A DNA stretch of 60,992 nucleotides, filler included, from Sphacelaria rigidula (taxonomy: Eukaryota): NCBI GenBank assembly GCA_964200075.2. It is 9 parts of 9 records of this genome, joined end to end, with 100 filler letters (N's around TTAATTAATTAA, not from the genome) between each part and the next. Parts side by side here need not be neighbours in the genome. Positions count along the whole stretch, not along the records: positions 47,517 to 54,204 come from CAXNAA020018622.1; positions 54,305 to 60,992 come from CAXNAA020018623.1; 7 more parts are not named here. The stretch is one strand, 5' to 3'. Below, one piece after another: positions 47,517-60,060 of this stretch (positions are counted from its first letter, which is position 1; every line of letters starts with the position of its first letter). The notes under the pieces are model-generated. The model was not told where the DNA came from and did not search any database. It was given only the letters and a program-made list of their open reading frames with translations. The translations under genes were made by a program, and so were the position numbers.

Positions 47517-49489
47517 GGGAAACTGGGATCAGAGGAAAGATGTGGAGAATGGTGAAGAAGATGACAGAATGTGCCAGAAGTGCCATGATGTTGTGTGTGT
47601 GTGTTGTGTGTGTTGTTGTCCCATCTATTCTGGGCACCAGTCTACACCTTTCGGTACATGTGAGCGCACCCCAGTGTCACACAGGAGGAAGGTCAACACA
47701 GGAGCCTTTCCTTTTTTACGTCTTTTTAGTACCCCACCTTCCTACTGCGGCGCTTGCCTTTATTCTTTCATCGCGAGAGGGGTTCAGCAGTACCTTTCCC
47801 TCGTCGACCGTCAAGTCACATTTGGTGTACCCATGATATAGTCGCTCTCCACTGTTTGGGCATGGTGTGAGAAAAAACCCTAGATCGCTCCGAGATTTGA
47901 ACCCACGACCCAACTGTCAGGAGGTTTCGAGGTTACCAACTGGGCCACCGAGGCGACCGTCATGCTAGACGGGGAAATATCGAAATATTCTGATATCATA
48001 CAACGGATTGCACGAGGATGTACGTCATCACCCTCTTTATTCAAGGTATTCATTCAGGACCTGGTATCAGCGATAGAACAGCAAATCAATGAATCCAGGT
48101 GGGTGAAGATGTGATATCAGGTTTGATGTTCGCAGATGATTCTGTGGGGTTTTCAGGAAGAGCAAAAGGATTGCAAAAACAGATAGAAAAGGCTCTGGAA
48201 TACACTGTGAAATGGATAGTGACAGCAAATGTTGATAAATGCGCGGTACTCGTCTAAAAACAAAGATGGGAAAAATCCGGTAGAGTTCAAGTTGAAGTGG
48301 GGAGAAGAGGAACTGCCGATCGAAGACCAGTACACATACCTTGGTGTAGAGATATCAAGAAACTGTTCTCGGGGTGCACACATGAACAAAGTAATAGAAA
48401 AGGGTAAGGCACAGATAGGAAGGGTGGACGTGGTCCTCAGAGACTCGTATCTGGATACTAGGGTTACGAGATGTATCCTGATGAACGTCATCGTATCAAA
48501 GCTGGAATATGCAGGAGAAGCATGGGAGGGGAACGTGAAGTCGGCGAGGAAGTTGGAATTAGTACGGCTGGCAGCAGCTGAGAAAATACTTGGATGCTCG
48601 AAAACGACGAGTAATACAGCATTGAGAGCAGAGTTGGGAATGTACTCACTAAAAACAGAGACATGAGGACATTGCGATGGCAATATAGCGTAAAGAGCAT
48701 GCAGAGGAAGATATTGCCAGCTATAGTTGATAAGGCTGTATGGAAGAAAAGTACGATAGAGGATGCTGGAAAAAGGTGGGATAAAGAAGTCCAGAAAGTA
48801 TGGAAGGAGATACGAGGAAACCAAGACAAAATGCAGTCCATAGGTGAAGGCGCGGGGTACAAGGCAAAAGTAAGAGACATGATGGAAAGGAGGGGGAAAG
48901 GAGCGCTCAGACGCAAAGTAGACGAAGAACACCTGAAGATATATGGAGGGCTGAGAGAGAGGATCGGGATGAAAGCATATTTGCATGACCCAATGGACGT
49001 GGCGAAAAGTCTGCAACTGCGATTTTGGGTGAGGGACCTGGATCTGCCGTAGAAAAGAAAGAGATTCACCAGTAGTCGTGTGAAAGAGGAAGTAGATGTA
49101 CAGAATTGCCCCTGTGGCGAAGCGATAGCGAGCAGAACTCATATAGTTGCAGAATGTGAACTTTAGAAGGAGGAAGGGGACGTGCTAGAGAGGAAGATGC
49201 GGAGCGTGAGCGAAGGCGGCATGAAATCGTTTGATGCATTAGACAGGAGGGAGAAAACGATGCTTATACTAGGAGATAAATGGTGGCCACATATGGCAAA
49301 ACAGGACGGGGGCTAAGATATGTAAAAGTGTTTTGTGCAATGTATGGAAGAAACGTAATGAGCGCCGAAATGTTGGAGGTGTCTCTATTAGGAGTAGGAA
49401 CGGTGCTCCGTCTCGAAAAGGATGCGTGGTCAATGATCAAACGACTAAGGCAAGCAGCAAATGAGTACGCCCCCGCTCCCCCGCCCTCC
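47517..49489 (+). mobile_element. LINE 3' half: RT C-terminus, zinc knuckle, 3' UTR and C-rich end (decayed, SINE-interrupted)
   Basis: GLMFADDSVG, QYTYLGVEIS, LEYAGEAW, ALRAELG and CPCG......THIVAEC motifs with frameshifts and stops. It terminates in ...GAGTACG plus a C-rich tract with no poly(A). Confidence 0.9.
47591..47959 (-). mobile_element. tRNA-derived SINE inserted into the LINE
   Basis: Head GTCGCCTCGGTGGCCCAGTTGGT...GGGTTCAAATC, 3' CCAGAATAGATGGGAC plus (CAA/CA)n. LINE sequence continues on both sides. Confidence 0.85.
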
Positions 49490-49948
49490 AAAGCTGTACG
49501 GTGCTATCCGCCACCCGGACATGGGTGCAAAGCAACGAAATGTGTTCGCAAAAAATGTAAGGTGCTGCCGATTGGAGTATTGCCACGGGCGCTCGTGAAG
49601 ACGCGGCGGGTACTTTATTGTTGACGCAGATTGAACTTTGCGACTCTTGAACGTACCCACACACAAGCCGTACACAAAACGATACTGTCGTTCCACCAAC
49701 GTTCTAGCTGTCACGTCACAGTGGTGAACAATTATCATGGCTGGACGACGGCTCCCGTTTTCCCCCTTTTAATTCTGTCTATTCCGTGAAGGTACGATCA
49801 CCAAGTACAGCGTGAACAATCATTGTGCCGGGCAAAAAGTGATGTGTTGAGACTACGTGGCGATTACTGCATCCCGGAAATAACGCTCCCCACACACGTG
49901 TTGCTCAGGTACCTTACCCCCTCTACCGCTGCTCTCTGTTTCATGTAG

Positions 49949-52900
49949 AATGGGACTCGGGTGGGCATGCCTGCACGTCGACCTTGCCGTGTACACGGAA
50001 GAACAGCGCTTTACCGAGCACAAGCGCGTGACGGGACACATCCAGTGGACGGATTTCTGGGGCTGCTATCAGTTCTACGGCACGGGAAAGCGGGACACCC
50101 TTGTAGGCGACAGCGGTAGGGAGGGTAGCCACCCTTTGCACTGGTCGGCCACCGAGGGAGAAACGACGAAAAATATCCCGCGTCCCTTGGCGAAGTGGCT
50201 ACTGCAGAAGGTAAGGCCAAGCGTACGTTGAATACCTGTCAAATGTGCCCACAACACACTCCCCCCCTCTGCCACTCGATGAACCGAAGCCCTCGTGGCA
50301 TCAAGGGTCCCAACGGAGTTTGTTTTTCTTCCCACGGTAGTGTAGATGGTTACCCGGATGGACCGTACCGGAGATCGCGATATCTTTGCAGACCTCTACG
50401 ATCGTACGTTTGTTGAATAAACCCCTCATGTTTCTGGGGTTCGAGGGGAAGAATCGTAACGATTCGTTGTTAACGGGCACCGTTCATGTGTGTGCTGAAT
50501 TTGTTCTCGGATGCTTCGCGCCGCGGAAGATCGTGCTTGGTGAATGTAGTGTGATGGTCGTGATGCTGTTTCGGTACAGTATAGTTCAGCGCTCGATACG
50601 GGTAGCTTCGAAAAACAAATCGGGCCGCAACTCTGCTTCGCCTTCAACTACCCCCGAAAATACTGTTTTCCTTCAAAGCAGACATATCCCCTGATGAAGA
50701 GGCTAGCATGCCTGACACTGAGTGGCCTCAAATCTTTGAAGGATGTTACAACACGTGGAACCCATCAACTGCTAGGACTACGCGACAGTCGGCAGCACGG
50801 ACATGGGAATATCAACAGCCACACGGTCAACTCGACTGGCAGAAATACCTCGTGTGCAGGTCAAAACGATATAGAACAACCGAATCCGAGGCTTCAGTGT
50901 TGCTCCACCCACAGGTGCTCAAGCTCGCCAACTGAGTCTTGTGTGTCCAAGAAGCTCGGTGAACTTGGCTGAATTACTCACGTGTCGTGAGTGGCAGTAT
51001 GGCAATATGTCCAAATATATGGCCGAGGTGACGTATTTCCGAATCAGCCCGATTTCATGAAACCAGAAGCTTCAAAATCTCACCCACGCAGTACTGCGTC
51101 GCCGTAGAAGTTGTGGGCCCACCACGCCGCTCTTGTGTGCCCAAATCAACCCAATCTGAGACAAGAATATATTACAGTTTTATTTGATGGTGGTGCCGGA
51201 CGTATGTTCACCAATTTTCGCCTCTTTCCGCTCATCACAATATATGTACTCAGCGATACCAACCGCTACGAACGCTCCAGGCCTCCCCCCTCTAATAAAC
51301 TCCCTTGCTATCGACTTCCATACGAGGGAAGAAATTTTCAATGACGCTCGGTCTTGTGTGGTGAGAAGGAAGCGACTTTCGTGAGAGACCAAGCGCCGAA
51401 AACCATCTAAGGACGACTGAGCATCCTGCGTATGTTTGGATCTCGAAGCCCTGCTTTTTCGCATAATCATATTTCGAGCCAGGTACGCCGAGCTGCAGGT
51501 GAAACCTCCTGGGGGTTCCCGCAGCTAGCACCCACACCCTAGCCTCTTCGGTTTTTACTCTTTTACGCCTCATTTAGGTGCCTGAGCTGGCCAAGCAGCA
51601 AGACTGGGACGTCGAAGATGAACAGGCGGGCCAACCGCATCACGGCAACGCATGGCACAGAATCACTCGAGCGTGGAGCGAACATGAAGACCAACTGCTG
51701 TTGGACGCAGTTGTCAAGTTCAAACCAGAAGCCGCAGAATATCCAGATGGCAGCAAGTCGGCTCGCGCCATACGGTACGACATGAACCCGAAATTGAAAG
51801 TGGCGTTGAGGCCTGTGGCGGAGCAGCTGAACAAGACCCCCGAGGCTTGCTGGAAGCGGTACAAGCGTCTTGCCGAGGTGAAGATGAATTATTTTTTTCT
51901 CGTCACACTTTCTACTTTAGGTCCTCCCCTTCGTCGGGACGAGTCTGTCGCCTCGAAAGAACATCGAATCCCGAGATATGCAGAAGGTTTCAAGAGCGAA
52001 TTTCAGCCACTCTCAGACCGAGCATGAAGCAAGGGCGATGCAATTTGTACAGAAAGATTTGGAGTTAGCGTCAACAGTATCATTCCGTGTTACTGCCTGG
52101 GGGGTGGTGAAGAGTTGATACTTGCAAGCACGATTTTTAAGGGGCGCCATGTAGGCTAGGATGGTGTCATCAAGAAGCCCTGCCGTAAGTCATGTAGCGA
52201 AGTGTGGTCACTGTCTCTTACTCCATGTGATGTGTTTCACCAAACCTTACTTCCGACTTTGTCGTGGGCATCACGCACTAGCATTAATCCCGACAGCCAC
52301 AACACCGCCGAAATGCATATATTGTTTTAACTGTTTTTACCGTTCATGCTCAACTCCCATGCCCGAAACACCAGTACAATGCTCACACTGCACTTTGCTT
52401 TTTACTCCCTCGTGCCTAACCGCGCGGAGTATCTTCGAAAATGCTCGACATGCCGTGTCCATGCAATGCCGATGTCACTTTACCAACATTGCCATCTTTA
52501 CACCTTTCCTGATGCAGGTGCTGTCTACAAGCACCGCGCCAGACTTCATTGCTCACCCGTTGGAGGGGAAACTCCCGACCGTTCGAAAGCGAAAGGCGCC
52601 CGCGGAAACGACGTCTAACCAGAAAGACAATTCGCAGGGGAAAAAAAAGAGGAAGCGAGGGAAGCGGACGGGGCTGCTCGCTGAAGAGGCGCCGTTGCTC
52701 ATCGGTAACAGAGAAGAGGAGCGGAAGTTGGCGCGGGAGCAGGTTTGTGCAGACGCGCGTGTTGTGCGCCTGCGTGTGTGTCGCCCACAGAAAGCCTTTA
52801 TTGACTGCCGATCCACCGCGTTTTCACGCTGAGCATTTTTCGGGCTCGTGTTTACTCCACCCTTTCTATGAGTGATCGATTGATTGTCGCATATGGTCAC

Positions 52901-53847
52901 GAGAGAGACGAATCGAATATAAATAAAACGGCAAGGGTTGCCACAGGGAAGTCGAGGTATCTGAGAGGTCAAGGAAGAGAGATAAAACAAACGGAGAAAA
53001 GTGAAACAACGACGGGGGCGGTGTATTTTTCAAATTATGTTTCGTGTTCTGAACCGAGCGGGCGCTCGAAAAGCCGAGGTGTCCATGGCAGCTCCAGCTT
53101 TCTTTGCGTTACAAGCGTATCATGACGCAGCCTGAATACAGCGTACCTTTGCTGTCCTCACGTATGCAGCTGAGAACCCGTCAGCGGACTGCTGCTTCCT
53201 TCTTGTCGAGTCTCTTTGAAACCCCAGCACCTATGCACGACGTATGTAATACACGGCAGTTCCGTGCTCAGCAGACTTTACTCCAGTTCGGTGCGAAGCA
53301 ACGATGGTTGAGTATATAATTGATTTTGGTGTAGATCATATACGCCTATCTTGACAGCGCTCAAAGTCCCAAGGGCTCTTCAAGCCTCTGTAGCACGCGC
53401 GTTGACTCGAATAAGCACCTGAGGCGCCCGTTTGAGCCGAGGCAAGGCACCCTCCTTGCCCGAGGGCTCTCGGTCTGCCTTGCATCTGCCTTGGATTGGC
53501 GTTTGGAATAGGGTTGGCGTTATGGTTCGACAAAGCAATGTTATGTGTCAACCATCGTATGGTTGCGTCGAACTGGGGTGAGCCAGCCTCTCCATGATGT
53601 GATGAGCGATGTTTTTTGCGCAATACACATACTGTAGCCCGTCCTCAACGACAAGTTTGCTCTCGATGATCCTTGGATGCTTCCACAACCACTTCAGGCT
53701 GCGCTGGCCAAGTCCGCTGGGTTTGAGTGGGTGAATGAGGAAGGGTCGTGGGAAGAAGATGGTCGCAGGGGCGGCATTCAACCTCGTCCGTTGTCAGCGT
53801 GGGACTGGACCATGGATGAGCTGGCGGCCCTCACCGCCGTGCGGCAG
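49949..53847 (+). CDS. Myb/SANT-domain nuclear protein, internal exons only
   Basis: Phase-compatible GT-AG exons 49949-50210, 51578-51877, 52518-52742 and 53698-53847. Motifs are RAWSEHEDQLLLDAVVKF...VAEQLNKTPEACWKRYKRL (Myb-like helix-turn-helix), NLS-like KKKRKRGKR, and a second W..DE motif start (WTMDELAAL). Confidence 0.7.
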
Positions 53848-54053
53848 GTACGGTCCGCGTACCGGTCCTTTCGTTTGTTTTTGCTGTTTCGTCACATGAA
53901 AAACGATTACAGATGGCGACAGATTATAACGTGCGGTGAGACTGTCCTCTCATCATCATCCTTGCAGCTTTTCATGGACATTCCCCTACGGTGGGAAGAA
54001 AGACCACACAATATTTCATGCTCTGGAACGGAACATACCCCCCCCCCCCTCCC

Positions 54054-54204
54054 GTACTCCGTCTCGAAAGGATTGCGTGGTCAATGGTCACACGACTAAG
54101 ACAAGCAACAAATGAGTACGCCCCCCCCCCCCCCTCCGTGCTCCGTCCCGGCTTTGTAGGGATGCGAGGTCAATGGTCTGATGACTATGGCAAGCATGAT
54201 CATG
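54054..54204 (+). mobile_element. Tandem LINE 3'-terminal elements (subfamily A 54054-54119, subfamily B 54138-54204) separated by a C-tract
   Basis: Both start at GTRCTCC. C12-TCCC precedes A, and C14-TCC lies between A and B. Confidence 0.8.
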
Positions 54205-54304
54205 NNNNNNNNNNNNNNNNNNNNNNNNNNNNNNNNNNNNNNNNNNNNTTAATTAATTAANNNNNNNNNNNNNNNNNNNNNNNNNNNNNNNNNNNNNNNN
54301 NNNN
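54205..54304. other. Artificial contig-joining spacer
   Basis: N44-TTAATTAATTAA-N44. Confidence 0.98.
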
Positions 54305-54326
54305 GGGGCCCCCAGTAGGGGGGGGA

Positions 54327-54392
54327 GTATTCATTTGTTCCTTGCCTTAGTCATTTGACCATTGACCACGCCTCCCTTTCGAGACGGAGCAT
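54327..54392 (-). mobile_element. LINE 3'-terminal element (subfamily A) with 11-bp TSD
   Basis: GTAGGGGGGGG is duplicated at 54315-54325 and 54393-54403. Confidence 0.8.
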
Positions 54393-54440
54393 GTAGGGGG
54401 GGGGCGGGCGGTACAGGGTAGTATCGAGTATCGGGTGGTA

Positions 54441-55746
54441 CACACGTGGACAGATAGCACCCTCTAGGACGTGCTGCACAGGGTTCTTCGCAGTCTTTGT
54501 GAAAACCCCTGTACGGCATTTGCAAACCCTAGTACCTCTACCGGCATTTTGTGTAGCGTTTTCTCGAGACACTGTAAGCAACCCTGTGGAGAGGCACTCC
54601 CAATTTGAAATTTTCAACTTATTATGTTACAGAATTTATGAATATATTTATTTAGAGATGCTGTTCGAAATAATTCCTCTTTTTGCCCGATTTCCAATTG
54701 GGTAATACGGCAGAACGAGGATCTATTTCGGACAGCAGAAGAAGCTATTCGAAATAGATCTTGTTTTTGCCCGGTTAGATTGGGCAAAAAAAGGATATAT
54801 TTTGAACAGTTTCACCTGCTGCACAAATTTCACACACTCTGGCAGATTTGGAATATATGCAGGAGAAAGAGCCCGAAATAAATCCTCACTTTGTCCGCTA
54901 ATTCATCCAGGAATTGGGCAAGAAGAGAACTTATTGCTAACAGCCTCAGCTGTGCAAGTTCCGCACACTGCACCGTAATCAGTGGAGGGGATCCGAGATG
55001 CAGCAAAGATTGTTGAAAATAATTCATCCTCTTGCCCCCCAATTAATATATCAATTGAGCTAAATGATAGAATAGTCGACTGCTTTTGCTGAATACAAAT
55101 CTCAAACACTGCTTACGAGTGTATGTCCACTCGCCTGAGCTTAGATACGATGCTTCGGCTTCAGGCGTGGGTGCTGGAATGAAGGTGTATACCTCGCATA
55201 TATACGCAGATAGTTGGCAAAAAACCCGTTGTCCAATGTCTACCGAGACGAACCAATCACTCAATCAATCATGCTTTTGTTTATGGAGATTTTTACTTGA
55301 TATTTATAAGAAGCACAAAAGTATGCGTCACGTCAACATCAAATCGTAGGGGGTTCAATGTATATCTCGTCGTGCTCCGGAGCACAAATTCGCGAGGTCA
55401 ACACCCACCACTGCCATATCTCGAGCGATTTTTTCTGCCAGTATCATGCCCATGCTTTGAGGTGGAGTATGTTGTATGTGCGCTATAAATATAAGCACTG
55501 TACAGCATACTTACAACAATGAACAGTACACGGGGTGACGAACCCCTGTGGAGCGTATCGCGCGGAGCGAAAAAACACCCTACAGCCAAATCCCCGCGAG
55601 TAACACTGCACAGTTTCCCTGAGACCCTGTGAAGCGTATTGTGTGGCGCAAGAAAACATCCTACGGCCAAATCCCCGCGAGAAACACTGCATAGTTTCCC
55701 TGAACCCTGTAGACGTGCCCCATAGGGTTTTATCTGTCCACATGTG
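54441..55746. mobile_element. Non-autonomous TIR DNA transposon with TA TSD and subterminal repeats
   Basis: TIRs CACACGTGGACAGATAGCACCCT / AGGGTTTTATCTGTCCACATGTG, with TA on both sides. ~80-bp tandem subterminal units (ACCCTGTG...CCAAATCCCCGCGAG.AACACTGCA.AGTTTCCCTGA) lie at ~55542-55710. Confidence 0.7.
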
Positions 55747-56039
55747 TACGCACAGTACGGAGACCACCTCTAACCGCGGTACCTGCAACACTTCTACAGA
55801 CAGCATAGGCAGTGCCTCTATAAAAAGCAAGTGCAATCAACAGGACCGGCCGAGACAGCAATGAGCAGGCAAACGCCAAGTGCTTTGTCGGCGAAGAAAT
55901 GCGACGATAATAATATCGTTTCAAACGCAGCATAATTGAGAGCGGACAAACACCACTCCACAGCAAAAGCCTCTGGCTCTAGCACTAGACACATGCGTTC
56001 TGTCACATAAGCGGAACGGGTTTTGACAGACTGAAAAGC

Positions 56040-56490
56040 ACCTGTCTCTTCAGTGTTCCATCTGCGGTCGGTTGCTGGTTTGTCCTTGTTCACGCAGCCC
56101 TCACAGGCCGCATGAAACTCCGACATGCGATCTTATTTGTCGGCCACACCACCCTATCGGCCTTGTAGATGCGGTGGCTGCGCTTACGTAGCCTCGGGTG
56201 CCTCCAAAGGAACAAGTCGAGCCATTTTCGACCTGAGCCTACTGTCGGGTCCTATGGCACCGGTCGGTTGTCGCTGCAGAGTGCCATAACCGCCTTTTTC
56301 AGGCCATCTCTATTCAGGCCCAATGACGAGCTGCGGCAATTTTAGCACGTCTTCGATGGAATTTTCTTCCGTCGTCGATAGTACAGTACCCGGGCCGCAA
56401 CCCTGCCAGCTATGCCCACGCTACCACTGACACGCTTCTGCAGCGAACCAACGAAGATGCTAAAGGTCTTGCTTACTTGATTGTGATGGT
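56040..56490 (-). pseudogene. pogo/Fot1-like (Tc1-mariner) transposase relic
   Basis: Frameshifted translation VSKTFSIFVGSLQKRVSG..(G)PGTVLSTTEENSIEDVL...GSGRKWLDLFLWRHPRLRKR...RRWNTEETG fits a psq HTH, a Tc5/CENP-B HTH and the start of the DDE domain (W-N-x-D-E-T-G). Confidence 0.7.
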
Positions 56491-59400
56491 GTATGACCGC
56501 GTGCGAGAAGTAAACTAGGACAATGGGATATCACGATCGTTTCACAAACGATCGGCGGGTATGAAGAGATCCTAGTCGAATGTGTGCTTGTGTTAAAGAG
56601 GAATTGGACCATTCGAATTGGACCATTCGCATGGTTCATTTGGCGTTTTCATCAGTGTATGTTCGGACATGGCCTGTGTCGGATTAGTCATATGGGGCAC
56701 ACGCCTGCCAACACGTGATTGATAGGAGGCACACGTCAGAATGATTTGTAATATGGCAGTTGTATGCGTGCCTACGGAAGAGGTTTTTGCTGAAACCTCT
56801 CGCGCCCACTTTTTCACTTCATGTTCACCGACCATCGAGCCGACATCTTTTGGATGTAGGGTCACGTATAAACACCAATTCAAGAAAGGTCTCCTACTAT
56901 CCCCTGTGCTACTGGCTTCTGACATCCTCTGGTCTACGAGTCCGTGACTTTGACTAACGTAAGTCACGTGTGCCATAATCCCTCGCTTACATTTTGTCCA
57001 TCAGTTGTCCGCACAAGAGTGGCGTCTGGTGTAATTCCCATAACAACAGCCAAGTGTTGTCTTTGAGATTGAAAACCGAAAGCTTGGTTTAACGAGCCGA
57101 ACACAGGATCAGATTGTCACATCCCTTCTTTGGGGTACGACTTGCTATTGCTACTGCTAGTACCGTAGCATGGTACTATTCCGTAGTAGGGACGTTTACT
57201 CTATCATACTAGATCGGTCGCTACTCAAGTTTTCCCCTCCTACTGTCCTGGCCACCCCCAATGAACGTTGATACACCGCAACAGAAAACGCACTTGGATT
57301 GAATAGACCGCCCCCTTACTACAATCGTTTCCTTTGTCACCAGTTTGTCCGACCATTTACCGCCATGCATCTGAAATGTCAACATCGCGTGCATGCCCCG
57401 CACCGTATCGCTACATGTTTTGCAGATAAATGATCACGGTCGAAGGTGTCGCACGCGAGTAACTACCGGCGATTCATGTACGCACATGTGCGGCGCTTGG
57501 AAGCATATTGGATGGAACAACGATCGGGATTATCATCGAGTTTGCAATAGTCCCGAACCCTAGCCGAGCCTTCGGGTAAAAGGCACACGAACCCGTCCGC
57601 GGGGTACGTTTTTGGGTGAGGTTTCCTACTTCCTGGAAAACGAGTACTCGACTCTCTGCCTCTACTTGGTGGTATCATGACCCGATGCTCCCCCCGTGCA
57701 AGGTTTGCTTTTGTCCGACGTTTGTTTGCGTGTGCGTGCTCGGGGATGACTGTGGTAAGCTCGTGAGTCATGCTACGATAGGGACGGGGGGGGTGTTTGA
57801 TTCAACAAACAAAAGGGCCCAAAAGTGTGTCAGACGACCTCACACACTCGCGGTGCGCCTGTATTTGTGTAAAAATGGCGGTATGGTATATGGTCCGAAG
57901 AACGACCCAGCTCCAATGGCAAGATTAACGGGCGATGTCAACGCGACTGTGATTTTGCTAAGTTCAGAAGATGCAGTATCATCCGGGTTCGATGACTGTT
58001 GGAAGCTCTTCGAGCAATCGCAAGATCGTACCGAGGGTATGATATAAATAGTAAAGATAAAAAATGGCGTGGCTTCAATTGCCCAGAGACTAGACTAGAA
58101 GAGGTGGTGTTTTTGAGTTAACTCAGCGGAAGCGACAGCTTTTCTGCAGGTTCGTTGGGTAAAGCTTGTTCTTTTTTCATCGAAGGTAGCAAGGCTCAGA
58201 CGAGTGCAGTGTGGAAAGTAGAGTCGACAGTGCGTGTTAGATAAATGGTGGGCAACATGATGCTGACTTGGGGTCATCCTATATGTATGAAGGATGGAGA
58301 AATACATGTTCTGGTGCGGGTTAATTTCGTTGTTTGCGTATGGACGTTTCGCTGGAAAATAACAACTTAGCTCCACTGCCCGTTCTTGGTAGTTGAGAAC
58401 TCGTTCTCAACAAAACGAGTTCATGCTTGTGGGTAAAATGATATCACAGATCCGGTTTAGGAAATACGCTCGAAATGGTATTTTCCTTTAACACGACACT
58501 TGCGGGTATTTTGCAAGGCAGATGATTCCGCCCGAAAGCCTTGCTTCCGCGGGTACCTACATGAAATGGGGTCGCAGTTGTGCGTGCGTTCCTCAGTAGA
58601 AGGTAGAGTTCTGATAGAAGTGGATTGGTTGAATACTTCGTGTAGGTGGTAAGACGTGCTCCCACGTAGATTCGGACGCACCGAAACATTAACTTTGGTG
58701 TGACGTTTCCCACGGGAAATGGCCCCAGGCGTTTCCCACTGAAGCTCCTGCCTGCAAATAACGCGACGAAGCACAAAAACGCACGATTGCCAACCAAGCA
58801 CTTCCCCAACATGTGCCCCTCGGGCGCATTTTGCGATCGTACGTTCTGCACCCCTACTGTGCTGCGAAACGGAACAGTATGATCTGACCACGCAGGACAG
58901 TGGGTGTGATTTCCCCACTGCTTCAATTCCCAGCCTTCAGGTCGGAATCATTGCATACAGTAATGCGAACAATCTTGTACCCTTGAAGCAATCAAGCCGT
59001 CCCACATAGTGAATGAGTTCTTAATGTCCCGCAATGGGCCTGGGCCAGGAAGATCGCCGACTTGGTGGATCGAAATTGTGAGGGGCTCTACACAACCATG
59101 ACCGCAGCCGCTTAATCTGAAAATTCATCTCTATTGTGATTGCGTCATTTTGAAAACATACTACTTGACCTGCGCTTCTAACTCTGCAAACATCGATTGT
59201 ACGACGGCAATGCCCCGGCACGAAACGTCGAGTAACACAAACCTTGAGACTCCCGGTATAATTGTACATGTCAGAGTTACCGCGTTGGCAGGATGTTTGC
59301 AGCCATTTTGTCCAAGATCACGCTGCGTGCACCCCTTTTTATGCGCGGCAAAACGAGCACCGAAGTGCGTCGACACCCCCTTCTCAACCCCGATCAAGAC

Positions 59401-59882
59401 AAACATCATGCTGCACCTTACTATTTCCAGCGCCGCAAACGAAGCCGCACTTTGTCTCACGTCCATCACTCCGTTGAGGGGCCTTTGCGGCGACGCGTGG
59501 CGTACATATACGTGTACATGAAAACCGCTTGATATTATGTCGGCCGTGCTCCCGCGTTTCGATGTTACAGTGCAGAGGGAAATGCGTTTTTGTGAGATTC
59601 AGAGTGGAGCGCTGATTGACAAGTGGCTTCGATCACTCGCTTCGAGTGAGCCAATTTTCCATTTCGTGTGTGGTTTTCTTTGACTGTATCACTGGCGTGT
59701 ACTTACAGCTACACGCCGATGTCCTACTCAGGGGTGTCAAGGGCCTCAGTGGCAAGCTGCTGCAGAAAGCATATTAGGCCTCGTGGAGGGGCATTTCGGA
59801 ACTGAAACGATTCATTTACTAACTGACCGTTTTCCACTCTCAATAGTACCCTCTACTTTCGATCTCACGAAAACACTGTTAA

Positions 59883-59980
59883 CCCTTAGACCGCGAGATT
59901 AGTCTTTCCGGATCATGCATTCTTTTTTTCACTCGAAATTGATGCCGATTCAATAGAAGACTAACCTCGAGATCTAAGGG
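59883..59980 (+). mobile_element. 98-bp piggyBac-type MITE
   Basis: TTAA TSD at 59879-82 and 59981-84. TIRs CCCTTAGACCGCGAGATTAGTCTT / AAGACTAACCTCGAGATCTAAGGG. Confidence 0.85.
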
Positions 59981-60001
59981 TTAAGGGTCAATGTGAAGAG
60001 G

Positions 60002-60060
60002 TGTTATCCCATCTACAGTAATCTGGACGCCGGTCTACACCTTTCGGGATCTGTGGGTGC
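60002..60060 (-). mobile_element. SINE/LINE 3'-end fragment
   Basis: CCCATCTA...CTGGACGCCGGTCTACACCTTTCGG matches the SINE 3' end at 47620-47655. Confidence 0.6.

Noticed and set aside
48153..49142. 329-aa hydrophobic minus-strand ORF
   Set aside because: Antisense shadow of the purine-rich LINE ORF2.
54170..54204. CTGATGA hammerhead-ribozyme core in the subfamily-B LINE 3' end
   Set aside because: No downstream GAAA with stem II/III geometry. The motif overlaps the variable 4-nt loop and is absent from subfamily A and from the 43304 copy.
57400..59530. Cluster of 80-160-aa ORFs in contig 9
   Set aside because: No consistent frame, splice pattern or motif. Probably decayed repeat DNA.
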